Notes: generated from the sequence alone by a model not told the origin. A stretch of 12,607 nt of DNA from Candidatus Thorarchaeota archaeon (GCA_048882485.1 JBHLRP010000072.1:1-12607), one strand, 5' to 3'; counted from the stretch's first letter, positions 1 to 8,508 are shown. A program made the numbers and translations.

Positions 1-1827
1 TGGGTCCGGTATTCAACCGTCTTCGACACAGTTTCACCATCGATTGCCAAGTACAACAGCACCTACCACTCAGAAACGGGGTACTACATGAAATCAATAT
101 ATTCGATGAACATGACAGAGTACTGGTCCTTCACAGAGTGGCTAAACGAGAAGACTGTCTGGGTCTACAACTACATGCATGACTATGTCAAATCTCAGGT
201 CCCACACGCGCTCGTTTTTCAATACATGATGATGCCTCCAATCTGGGGCCTGCCTGACCATCTGGTCGCCCCTTATGAATTGAAGGCAGACGGATATGCG
301 ATGGATTGCTATTATGCAGTGAATAATCCCTGGTATATGCATGAGGGTGTCCGTCTGTACAAGACCTCACTTCCGGGCAAACTTCTCCACTGGGACATCT
401 GGGGCACCATCTGGGACTTCCTGAACGTGGCAGGTGATGGCCTCTACTACAGAGAGGGCAGCTACGAGCAGATTAGACGAGAAACCTGGATCTCATATGT
501 ATCAGGAGTCGATGTCCTGGGCTACTTCGACTGGGCACCTCAGAACAACGACAGCTTTGACTGGGTGTCTGGTCATGAGCGAACTGACATCATGGGACGA
601 AGACTATGGAGATATGTTGATAATCTAGCAGGTCAACTTGCCAATCTCCCTGTGATGAGTCCCAAGCCAGAGGTGCTTGTTGTAGGGAGTAGCCATTCAC
701 CAGCGGTCCCTGAAACTGGACTGTTCACAGAGTTTGATGTAGTCAACCAGCGGTGCTTTGCCACGACTGATATTGACCTCTCTCAATACTCCCTGATTGT
801 TGTATCAGATGATTGGTACCTAGACAATACGGTCACGAAGCTGAATGACTATGTTTCATTGGGAGGGAATCTCGCATTCCTGGGAGGAATCGGAGATAGG
901 GAGGGTCCAGAGGGAGACCTCCCCTTCTCTGTTGAAGTTGGTCAGACTGAGCAATTTTATAATTATCCAGTTGATATGAACATAACTGAACCGAACATAC
1001 TTGGACTCCATCTCGAGTATGAGGCCCCCTTCCATCAGACCTTTGCTCTGCTGGTGGAAAATCTTACTGCAGACCATCATCAGATAGGGGATTTCACCTT
1101 CTATGATGAGTTGGGAAATGTCACGAATATCGGAGCAAGTCCATTTCTCTTGTATCACAACAAATCACAGCCAGAGAGCGGATGGATGCTCTATTTTGGT
1201 GCACTGCACTCCTCAACAATTCCGGGCACAATTTGGGAGACCTATGACGCAGACAATGAGACTGACCTCTGGTATCTGTTCAGAGAAGTAACACGTGCAT
1301 TTGCAGACTTCCTGAACATCACTAATTCGATCGCGACACCAGAAACCAAGGATGCACTCATAACACAGAGTCTGATTGATGCAAACACACTAATGGCTGG
1401 AGTAATCAACTTCCAGAACGCTGACCGTATGATACCATATATGGTTGATCTGAGTCAGTTCGGTCTATCAGATGGCAACTACTGGGTACATTCCTTGGAC
1501 GAGGATTCCCTCTTGGGACAGTTTGAGTCGAGTCAGCAGATCCTGAGTTTGATGCTAGATGTAGTAGCAAATGGGACCAGACTCCTCCTGATCTCTGAAG
1601 AACAACCCACTCCAGACTATAGCATTGACATATTCCCCCGCATCCCCAGTGTTGCTGATGTCAATATGGCGACAACAACTCCTATTTCGACTTCAGCACC
1701 CACAACCACACCAACAGCGACTCCTCCTCCTACACCATGGAGTTTGTATGGTCTTTACATATTTGGAGTAGGAATTACAATAGTGGTTGTTACCGTCTTC
1801 ATCTGGAGAAGAAAAGAGCCAAACTGA
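1..1827 (+). CDS. Membrane-anchored extracellular glycoside-hydrolase-like protein (GH42/beta-galactosidase-like architecture), 5'-truncated by the window edge
   Basis: Frame is open from base 1 (WVRYSTVFDTVSPSIAKYNSTYHSETGYY before the M at 88), so the real start lies upstream. The aromatic-rich N-part resembles the end of a TIM barrel (IRRETWISYVSGVDVLGYFDW). It is followed by a class-I-GATase-like trimerisation segment (DLSQYSLIVVSDDWYLDNTVTKLNDYVSLGGNLAFLG), a beta-rich domain, a Thr/Pro linker, one TM helix and a basic tail (WRRKEPN). The CDS is certain; the family call is tentative. Confidence 0.6.
   Translation, partial: WVRYSTVFDTVSPSIAKYNSTYHSETGYYMKSIYSMNMTEYWSFTEWLNEKTVWVYNYMHDYVKSQVPHALVFQYMMMPPIWGLPDHLVAPYELKADGYAMDCYYAVNNPWYMHEGVRLYKTSLPGKLLHWDIWGTIWDFLNVAGDGLYYREGSYEQIRRETWISYVSGVDVLGYFDWAPQNNDSFDWVSGHERTDIMGRRLWRYVDNLAGQLANLPVMSPKPEVLVVGSSHSPAVPETGLFTEFDVVNQRCFATTDIDLSQYSLIVVSDDWYLDNTVTKLNDYVSLGGNLAFLGGIGDREGPEGDLPFSVEVGQTEQFYNYPVDMNITEPNILGLHLEYEAPFHQTFALLVENLTADHHQIGDFTFYDELGNVTNIGASPFLLYHNKSQPESGWMLYFGALHSSTIPGTIWETYDADNETDLWYLFREVTRAFADFLNITNSIATPETKDALITQSLIDANTLMAGVINFQNADRMIPYMVDLSQFGLSDGNYWVHSLDEDSLLGQFESSQQILSLMLDVVANGTRLLLISEEQPTPDYSIDIFPRIPSVADVNMATTTPISTSAPTTTPTATPPPTPWSLYGLYIFGVGITIVVVTVFIWRRKEPN
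1666..1737 (+). repeat. Low-complexity Thr/Pro/Ser linker (MATTTPISTSAPTTTPTATPPPTP)
   Basis: Directly visible in the translation, immediately before the C-terminal TM helix. Confidence 0.8.
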
Positions 1828-1842
1828 TGTTTCAAAACATCA
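1825..1842. repeat. Perfect inverted repeat TGATGTTT-CA-AAACATCA (terminator-like hairpin or operator)
   Basis: 8-bp arms at 1825-1832 and 1835-1842 are exact reverse complements. The left arm begins at the stop codon of the first CDS. Confidence 0.6.
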
Positions 1843-1917
1843 TGGTTTATTCAAAAGGAAGATACTCCACCAAGATACGCCCTAATTAGAATTATGAGTT
1901 TCAAATTGGCGCAGTTA

Positions 1918-1966
1918 GAAAGATATTAAGTAAAAGGGAGTAGGCTTCTGTCCTGCGTGAGGAGGT
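1918..1966 (+). promoter_or_regulatory. Putative BRE/TATA (GAAAG-ATATTAAG) and RBS (GAGGAGGT) of the GNAT gene
   Basis: AT-rich box at 1923-1930 preceded by purines. GAGGAGGT at 1959-1966 lies 6 nt before ATG 1973. Confidence 0.55.
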
Positions 1967-1972
1967 CTTCAA

Positions 1973-2869
1973 ATGGGTGAATCAAATCGACATGCAGTTG
2001 TTAGCGACTCGACTGATGAAGAGACGAAGAAGTTCCAGCAGGGAATGGAATCTTACAACCTGGAGAAGACCAATGGGGAGTTCAACAGCCCACAACCCTG
2101 GCACAATCTGATCTTGAAAGATGAAAAGGGTCAAGTCATTGGTGGCATCCTTACGAGTACACTCTACTGGACTCAATATCTTGAGGTGCTCTGGGTCGAT
2201 GAAAAGCATCGAGGACTTGGATATGGACGAGACCTCGTCATAGAAGCGCAGAGATTGGCAAAGGAGATTGGATGCATATCATCCCATGTATACACATTCT
2301 CTTGGCAAGCGCCTGAGTTCTATCAGGCAGTTGGTTACGACCTTCTTGTGACCTACGATGGCTATCATAGCGGGATCAAAGAACATGTCTTGATGACCCG
2401 CCTCGACTCTTTGGATGACAGGCCATCTTCAAGGGTTGACCCAAATCGGTTTGCAATAGCATCAGATCCCACAGAAGAAGAGCTCAAAACGGTTCGTTCG
2501 GGGCTTACTCGGAACTTTGACAAGCATGTTCAGAATGTTATGAAAGAACATCCGCATACCGACTATTGTTCAGTGATAAAGTATGATGATAGAGAAGTGG
2601 TTGGAGGAATAAGTGGTTATACAACCCTTGGGATATTGAACATAGCTGAATTCTGGGTTGATGAGAAACATCGTGGTCTGGGATACGGAAAGGACCTATT
2701 GATGCATGCCGAAAATCTTGCCAAAGGAAAGGGATGCATAGCTGGACAGATTGCATGTTTCTCATTTCAGAATCTGGAGTTCATAAAGAGTCAGGGGTAC
2801 GAGATTCTTGGTTTTTCGGATGCGTATCCGAACGATGTTAAGGAGTACTACCTAACCAAGATATTCTGA
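1973..2869 (+). CDS. Tandem (two-domain) GNAT family N-acetyltransferase
   Basis: Two copies of acetyl-CoA-binding motif A (WVDEKHRGLGYG) 154 aa apart, each followed by A..GC and F...GY segments. Strong RBS. Confidence 0.92.
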   Translation: MGESNRHAVVSDSTDEETKKFQQGMESYNLEKTNGEFNSPQPWHNLILKDEKGQVIGGILTSTLYWTQYLEVLWVDEKHRGLGYGRDLVIEAQRLAKEIGCISSHVYTFSWQAPEFYQAVGYDLLVTYDGYHSGIKEHVLMTRLDSLDDRPSSRVDPNRFAIASDPTEEELKTVRSGLTRNFDKHVQNVMKEHPHTDYCSVIKYDDREVVGGISGYTTLGILNIAEFWVDEKHRGLGYGKDLLMHAENLAKGKGCIAGQIACFSFQNLEFIKSQGYEILGFSDAYPNDVKEYYLTKIF

Positions 2870-2953
2870 TTCCTGGTTACGGTTTCTATGAGGGTTCATA
2901 TTCTTAATAGCATGATTCATTTTGATAGAAACGCCAGAATTCAAAGTCCAGAT

Positions 2954-3544
2954 TTAGACCCTGAGCAAGCCACGGAACGCCCTAACACTATAGAAGGAAG
3001 GCGCACTGTTATGATACACGAAGACATGGTCATATCGGCGATCGGCAAAAATCGCGCCGCCGAGTTTTCTAATCTCAGCAGGTGTTTTCACCCAACTCGA
3101 CGTCTTTGTATCGAACTCTCCAAGTTCCTGCAACTCTCGATATTGCTCTTCCGTTAGAAGCTCAATGCCCATGGCTGTTGCCATGTCAATAGCGTTGCCC
3201 GCTGGACCACCATCTCCCTTCTTTCCCCCACTTCGCTTTTTCCTCGCCTCCTGCCCTTCGTGGTCGTAGCAAACATACCTTCGGCCTTCAGGGCTTTCTG
3301 CTGAGCAATCATAGAAGATGTATTCGCCCGTCTTCTTATCATGGCCAACAACATCCGGTTCGCCACCAGTTCTTTCCATTTCATTGAGTGACCACAGTTT
3401 TCCAGTATCAGCTTCCAGCCTTGCTCTAACTTTGGCCCATTCAAGACCCTTATGTCGGTTCATGTTCTCTTCAAAACGAGCTTTCAATTTTCTGAGTAGC
3501 TCTTCACGTTGTTTTGGTGACAACTCCCGCTTTGGACTTTCCAT
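2954..3544 (-). CDS. DUF4256 family protein
   Basis: Characteristic family segments: LKARFEENMNRH, LWSLNEMERTGGEPDVV, FYDCSAESP, MGIELLTEEQYRELQ, FDTKTSSWVKTP, LGGAIFADRRY, FRGLLRV. ATG at 3544 is preferred over TTG at 3550. Confidence 0.85.
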   Translation of the reverse strand: MESPKRELSPKQREELLRKLKARFEENMNRHKGLEWAKVRARLEADTGKLWSLNEMERTGGEPDVVGHDKKTGEYIFYDCSAESPEGRRYVCYDHEGQEARKKRSGGKKGDGGPAGNAIDMATAMGIELLTEEQYRELQELGEFDTKTSSWVKTPAEIRKLGGAIFADRRYDHVFVYHNSAPSFYSVRAFRGLLRV

Positions 3545-3653
3545 TCTCAAGTTTTGGGCCGCTCCCTTTTCTTGACAATTATTACGATGACCTGATCACA
3601 GTGGGCGTGTTAACTATTTTTAAGTATTGATTTGTGGTACGAAACAACTATAG

Positions 3654-4034
3654 CTAAAGCGGAGCCACAAAGATCCAATTCCAAGCATACCAAACAATGA
3701 CCATGTTGAACAGAAGGCTAACAACTATGAGAAATCTATCATAAAGCCCTGGGTACGAACGCACTCCTGCGAGGTTGAATAGGAAGAGGAATATCGAAAG
3801 AATGATGTTTAGCCATCCAATGATTGGCATTGGTACCACTAAGGTCAGGAAGACCATGACAATTGGAATCAGCATTACTACTGCAGCCATCATCCACATA
3901 CTCTGAGTCGCTTTCTGGCCTGCGATTTCTCCCGGCACAAAGTCACCACTAAAAATGCGGAGACTATCTCCTAGGAGATAAGTCAACATTAGAGATACCC
4001 ATAATGCTGCTAGGATTATCTGCACATCTTCCAT
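3654..4034 (-). CDS. Small integral membrane protein with about 4 TM helices (DUF6326-like)
   Basis: Four hydrophobic segments with motifs LAALW..LMLTYLLGD, MLIPIVMVFLTL, WLNII and IVWYAW. RBS AGGTGAT upstream. Confidence 0.75.
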   Translation of the reverse strand: MEDVQIILAALWVSLMLTYLLGDSLRIFSGDFVPGEIAGQKATQSMWMMAAVVMLIPIVMVFLTLVVPMPIIGWLNIILSIFLFLFNLAGVRSYPGLYDRFLIVVSLLFNMVIVWYAWNWIFVAPL

Positions 4035-4040
4035 TATTCA

Positions 4041-4076
4041 ATCACCTTCTCGAGTTTATTTCGTACTGAGATATAA
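4041..4076 (-). promoter_or_regulatory. Putative TATA (TTATAT, 4076-4071) and RBS (AGGTGAT, 4047-4041) of the DUF6326-like gene
   Basis: Archaeal-type RBS 6 nt before ATG 4034. The TATA spacing puts a start site just upstream of the RBS. Confidence 0.55.
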
Positions 4077-4205
4077 CATCTGCTGAATACAACATTCACA
4101 ATATTGGACCTTGAGAGAGGAAGAATAACAGATATCATATGGATAAGTCGTTCTTCTTTTTGTCCTAGAAATGTCGACTTGTGGTGTGAAGCTGTGTCAC
4201 GAATC

Positions 4206-5918
4206 ATGAAATTGGGCTATCTGTTCTCCCCTTTTATCAGGTTGATTAATTCTCTAAGAAGGATTGCTTCTACACCTATCAGACGCTATTTCGAACCGGA
4301 ACCATCAGACCACATTTACGAAATTGGCACGTGGAAAAATGAACCAACTGTTCAAACCAAATACGGCTTGGTCGTTGGTTTCTCTGACAAAGGCACTTGG
4401 TGCTGGAAAGGAATTCCGTACGCCACTCCTCCAGTAGGGCCGCTACGGTGGAAGGCACCACTTGATCCTATTCCATGGCTTGGTGCGCGTAAGGCAAAGA
4501 AGTTTGGCAGTTCAGCAGCACAAATAATGATGTTTCTTGGTCCAGGTGGGTCGGAAGACTGTCTCTACCTCAACATCTGGCGTCCAAAGAGCTCAGAACG
4601 CGATTTGCCGGTTTACCTGTATATTCATGGAGGAGGTAATTCCATAGGTTCCTCTGCCACTTCATCCTACTACGGAAATGCCGTGGCTGAAAAATCAAAC
4701 TTGCTCTACATCTCTGTCAATTATCGTCTCAGCGCAATGGGCTGGTTTATCCATCCAGCAGTGACAAGCACTGGCTCTCCGGAAGACCAGAGCGGGAATT
4801 ATGGGACTCTTGACCTTATGAAGGCCCTGGAATGGGTGCGTGACAACATCAAGGCTTTTGGCGGAGATCCAAGCAACGTGACAATCGCAGGTGAATCTGG
4901 AGGAGCTTTCAATGCCCTCTCACTTCTAGCTTCTCCCTCTGCAAAGGGGCTTTTTCACCAAGCTGTAGTTGAGAGTGGTCTGTCATTAATATGGAATCCT
5001 GATGTAGGGGAAAGTCAGAGCAACAAACTACTTGCTGCCCTCTTGGTGAAGGATCGAAAGGCCAAGAATGAGGATCAAGCCCAAGAGGTCATCAGCAAGA
5101 TGCATGATGATGAGATAAACACATACCTCAGGTCGAAATCTGCGTTCACAATCATGAAGAACATCCCAGCCAGAGATTTCGGAATGGCGGAGTGGCGCAC
5201 TATCTTTACTGACGGAACTGTGATACCCAAGGAGGGGTATGATATCTTTTCCTCCGTAGATTGGACAAACAAAGTTCCAATAATTATTGGATGTACAAAG
5301 GATGAGATGAAACTCTTTGGATGGTTCAGAAGGAATCCACCATTGAACACACGAGAATACGATCTTGTCTGGAGTTATTCTTCCATGCTATGGCGTGCAA
5401 ATGGTGTTGATGAATTGGCCATAAAGATGACCTCTGGAGGTGAAGCGCCTGTCTACGTGTATAGGTTCGATTGGGGAAGTGTAGATGAACATGGTGAGAG
5501 CGTTCTTCCAGGAAAGAAGGGTCGAGAATTGGGAGCACATCATGCGGCTGAGGTACCTTTCTTCCTGGGAATGGGAGGAGGTGAAATAGCACTGCTGACA
5601 GGAAGGACACACAACAAACGCAACAAACCTGGCCGTGAGAAACTGACTGACCTATGCATGCAATACCTGGCCAATTTCGCTAGGACCGGGAATCCCAACA
5701 ATGATGACTTGCCTGTTTGGTCAGTCTGGGACAGCGCAGACGGTGTCGATAAGGGCCTCGTACTTGATGCGGGATTTGACGATTTGAGAATATCTTACTT
5801 GAAAGAGAAGGTAACCCCTCAAGTTGTATTCAATCTGGTAAAGACTGAACTTGAGGGGTCCGAACGAGATTTAGTTCTGGCTATGATTAACGATGATTTC
5901 TTGTCTTTTGGACAATAG
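4206..5918 (+). CDS. Carboxylesterase type B (COesterase / para-nitrobenzyl esterase family)
   Basis: WKGIPYATPPVGPLRWKAP, SEDCLYLNIW, oxyanion HGGG, NYRL, FGGDPSNVTIAGESGG (catalytic Ser codon 4896-4898), acid TKDE, His GAHHAAE, NFARTGNPN. ATG 4206 is chosen over TTG 4104, whose extension crosses the divergent intergenic region. Confidence 0.93.
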   Translation: MKLGYLFSPFIRLINSLRRIASTPIRRYFEPEPSDHIYEIGTWKNEPTVQTKYGLVVGFSDKGTWCWKGIPYATPPVGPLRWKAPLDPIPWLGARKAKKFGSSAAQIMMFLGPGGSEDCLYLNIWRPKSSERDLPVYLYIHGGGNSIGSSATSSYYGNAVAEKSNLLYISVNYRLSAMGWFIHPAVTSTGSPEDQSGNYGTLDLMKALEWVRDNIKAFGGDPSNVTIAGESGGAFNALSLLASPSAKGLFHQAVVESGLSLIWNPDVGESQSNKLLAALLVKDRKAKNEDQAQEVISKMHDDEINTYLRSKSAFTIMKNIPARDFGMAEWRTIFTDGTVIPKEGYDIFSSVDWTNKVPIIIGCTKDEMKLFGWFRRNPPLNTREYDLVWSYSSMLWRANGVDELAIKMTSGGEAPVYVYRFDWGSVDEHGESVLPGKKGRELGAHHAAEVPFFLGMGGGEIALLTGRTHNKRNKPGREKLTDLCMQYLANFARTGNPNNDDLPVWSVWDSADGVDKGLVLDAGFDDLRISYLKEKVTPQVVFNLVKTELEGSERDLVLAMINDDFLSFGQ

Positions 5919-5926
5919 ATGGTGAT

Positions 5927-8317
5927 TCAGGGCCCCTCCACGATTCCAGTGATTAATTCTATTATATTTTCAGCAACACGTTTCGAGATCGCCTTCTGGA
6001 TAGTTTTCTTCGCTAATCTGTAGGCTCCCGAAACCTCCACATCAAGGTCCAAGAAGACTCCAACACCTGACTCCATATCTTCGAAACTTAATGCATAGAT
6101 CGTATTGATCGGAGTGGAGGGATCAAGCTGGAACTTTGTGGAGCGGTCAGTTCTGGGTCCTATCTCAATGGTGGAGATTTCTACTCCCTGCTCAACAGTG
6201 GTTCTTTGTACAATCCTATCCACAAGCTTGTCCATGAAATCTCCGAAATCGGATGGCGCTTTCTTCATCTCAAATATTAATTCCTTGCCATCCTCCGCCT
6301 TCTTTTTGCCTTCCACAACCACCCTCACACGACCAATGTTCTGGACTCGTGCATACGGAGTTTCAGGATCACCGTTCCGATGCAATGTTGCTCGAATCGC
6401 TGGGAAGTATGTACCGCTCCCAGAGAAGGTATAATCTGTCTTCACTTTCACATTGCTCTTCTTGGTGTCCTTTAGCTTCTGGACTACCGGATAATCGCCA
6501 TTACCCTCGAAATCCCATTCCACACCGACTATTGTACCAGCATCTGGCGGTGCATCGATGACCGCTGAGAATTTCACTTTCTTCCCGACTTTGACCTTTG
6601 TTCGTTCTCTCCCATTTGCAGTGACGGTGATTACTGGTTGCACTCCCCTACGATCTGAAGCCTTATGAGGAACTTCCACTTGGCCATCAACAACTTTGTA
6701 TGGTGTGCTAGCAGGAGGCGCTTCCCCTCTTTCAACCCACGCGCTCACATCACGTAACGCTTGCTGCAAGACGCCACCGTAGTTGATGACATGAGTAGTT
6801 ACGACAGGCGGGGAGTCAAGTGGCGTGACTACTGGTGGAGTGTGTAATGCATTGTCGACAAACCAGAGACGGTAGTTATCCTCGAACTGCTCACCCAAAG
6901 CGTCTTTCACCTTCGAGCGATACCAATCAGCCTGCCAAGCATAAGCGATTTCGTCCATCAAATTCTGTACCACGATCATCTTGCCAGTAAACCGACCTGT
7001 TTGAATTGAGCCAGCGCCTGTTTCAGCTTTGAACATCTCGGGTCGCTGTGGATAAAGTAGGTTACCATCAGCATCTCGAAATTGTTCAAAGACATAGTAT
7101 TCAGGTGGAGGAGTTTGGTGACGATGATAGGTTTGAAAAGCGAGATACACAGAGTTGTCAATCTCTACTTTATCACCGGCCTTAATATCAACCATCCGTC
7201 GAAAGTTATCCTCACCGAAGGCGATCATGACCATATTATCGAAAGCTCCAGCAATGTAAAGCACACAACCCTCCGCATCGCCGCTCTTCAAGAAGATTGA
7301 GGCTCCCTGAAGGTCCCCCTCTGGCAGATTCTCCATTATGAACGCTGCAGGGGGTTCTATGTCACCGGCAGCATCTGCCGAATACGCTACTGGAATGCCC
7401 ATTTCCCTGAGTTCGCTAGGCATCATCAGTTTGCTGATGGTTGTCTCATGGTGGATCCGACGGCGTTGGAGTGACTCCGGTGGGTCGGCACCGAGGTAGC
7501 CTGGTTCTTTCCAAAAGTCTTCAACATATGTTGGGTCAGTCTTGATTATTTGATCGAATAGTGTAGTTAAAACCCCTGTGTAACCGAAAGCAATCATCCT
7601 GTAATGGAACCAAGCTCTTGGAGGAAAACCCATCTTAGTCACTTCAGTGAGCGCTGCTCGTTCCTCCTCATTTAGGTCAGCATACATGTCGCCGCTACCA
7701 CCAGGCTCCACCGCATCGACAATAGCGGGCATCTTATCCTCCAACACGCGCATCGCATGAGCCTGTACGGAGAAGTTGTAGGGTATGCTGATTGGTGTAG
7801 CGTGAACAAATGGAATCACACCGTCCCAGACACCGTCTGTGTTCTCTATACAGCTGATGGTCTTGTATGCTCCGCCACTACCACCCCAGGCATAACCGTA
7901 AGTCCGATGGTCGCCATACATTTCAGCAGCCAAAACGCGGGTATATTTCGCCACTGCTGCACTGGTCCGATACCCACCGATGGTGGGATCATCGCCAGTG
8001 AACATATCCTTCCTTCCCAGGTTGGATATCACAAGATAGCCGCCGCTATCTATAGCAAAGCCTATCGAGTAGCTTGATGTTTGAGCCCCTGGTTTTTCCG
8101 CAGTATACTCGTCCCCCGATATTGGTTGGATATATTGGAAGAACCGACCTTCGTATTGCTCCTTTGGGGGGAAGTAGATTGAGAATCGGGCATCTGTGTT
8201 CCTGAATCCGCCATGGATATGCCGATGGCGTACAGGCTCGTCCCTCCATTCATCGACATCCACATATGGTTCGGTGAAAAGTGGATCGCTTGATTCAGTA
8301 GTCACTCTCGAGTTCAT
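5927..8317 (-). CDS. Tannase/feruloyl-esterase-like alpha/beta hydrolase with PKD domain and extra C-terminal domain
   Basis: Nucleophile elbow YAWGGSGG (Ser147, 7877-7879) followed by WDGVIP. Candidate Asp (NLMDE) and His (DNALH). PKD-like segment (VKFSAV...EWDFEGNGDY...YTFSGSGTYFP). No signal peptide. RBS AGGTGA at 8329-8324. The CDS is certain; substrate unknown. Confidence 0.7.
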   Translation of the reverse strand: MNSRVTTESSDPLFTEPYVDVDEWRDEPVRHRHIHGGFRNTDARFSIYFPPKEQYEGRFFQYIQPISGDEYTAEKPGAQTSSYSIGFAIDSGGYLVISNLGRKDMFTGDDPTIGGYRTSAAVAKYTRVLAAEMYGDHRTYGYAWGGSGGAYKTISCIENTDGVWDGVIPFVHATPISIPYNFSVQAHAMRVLEDKMPAIVDAVEPGGSGDMYADLNEEERAALTEVTKMGFPPRAWFHYRMIAFGYTGVLTTLFDQIIKTDPTYVEDFWKEPGYLGADPPESLQRRRIHHETTISKLMMPSELREMGIPVAYSADAAGDIEPPAAFIMENLPEGDLQGASIFLKSGDAEGCVLYIAGAFDNMVMIAFGEDNFRRMVDIKAGDKVEIDNSVYLAFQTYHRHQTPPPEYYVFEQFRDADGNLLYPQRPEMFKAETGAGSIQTGRFTGKMIVVQNLMDEIAYAWQADWYRSKVKDALGEQFEDNYRLWFVDNALHTPPVVTPLDSPPVVTTHVINYGGVLQQALRDVSAWVERGEAPPASTPYKVVDGQVEVPHKASDRRGVQPVITVTANGRERTKVKVGKKVKFSAVIDAPPDAGTIVGVEWDFEGNGDYPVVQKLKDTKKSNVKVKTDYTFSGSGTYFPAIRATLHRNGDPETPYARVQNIGRVRVVVEGKKKAEDGKELIFEMKKAPSDFGDFMDKLVDRIVQRTTVEQGVEISTIEIGPRTDRSTKFQLDPSTPINTIYALSFEDMESGVGVFLDLDVEVSGAYRLAKKTIQKAISKRVAENIIELITGIVEGP

Positions 8318-8323
8318 TATAAT

Positions 8324-8329
8324 TCACCT
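8324..8329 (-). promoter_or_regulatory. Archaeal-type RBS AGGTGA
   Basis: 6 nt before ATG 8317. Confidence 0.6.
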
Positions 8330-8486
8330 ACTCTCCTTCAAATCGAATAATCCGACCTTCTGAAAATTCCGTGACACTAGCGAACAGAAAAGTCTTGCTT
8401 AAGATAATAGTAACTATGAACATTTTGATTGGCAATGCTTTTTTCAATTGTGTGAGGTGTCTGTGGACAGACGTTGCAAATCTTCC

Positions 8487-8508
8487 AGAAATAGATTAGA
8501 TATTTATG
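8487..8508 (+). promoter_or_regulatory. Putative BRE/TATA promoter of the GRE gene (TATTTATG), likely leaderless
   Basis: TATTTATG at 8501-8508 is -32..-25 from ATG 8533 and follows a purine-rich run. No RBS before the ATG. Confidence 0.45.

Noticed and set aside
2888-3575. Antisense and alternate-frame ORFs over DUF4256 (2888-3157, 3154-3444, 3318-3575)
   Set aside because: They overlap a well-conserved gene and show no motifs or start signals; treated as shadow ORFs.
4104-4205. TTG-initiated N-terminal extension of the carboxylesterase
   Set aside because: Runs through the divergent intergenic region with non-protein-like composition; ATG 4206 is more plausible.
4251-4292. Twin-arginine motifs (LRRIA, IRRYF) as a Tat signal
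   Set aside because: No hydrophobic h-region or cleavage site follows.
5919-5926. GGTGA RBS-like sequence in the 8-bp gap between the convergent esterase genes
   Set aside because: No start codon or ORF follows at a suitable distance; tight convergent packing is common in archaea.
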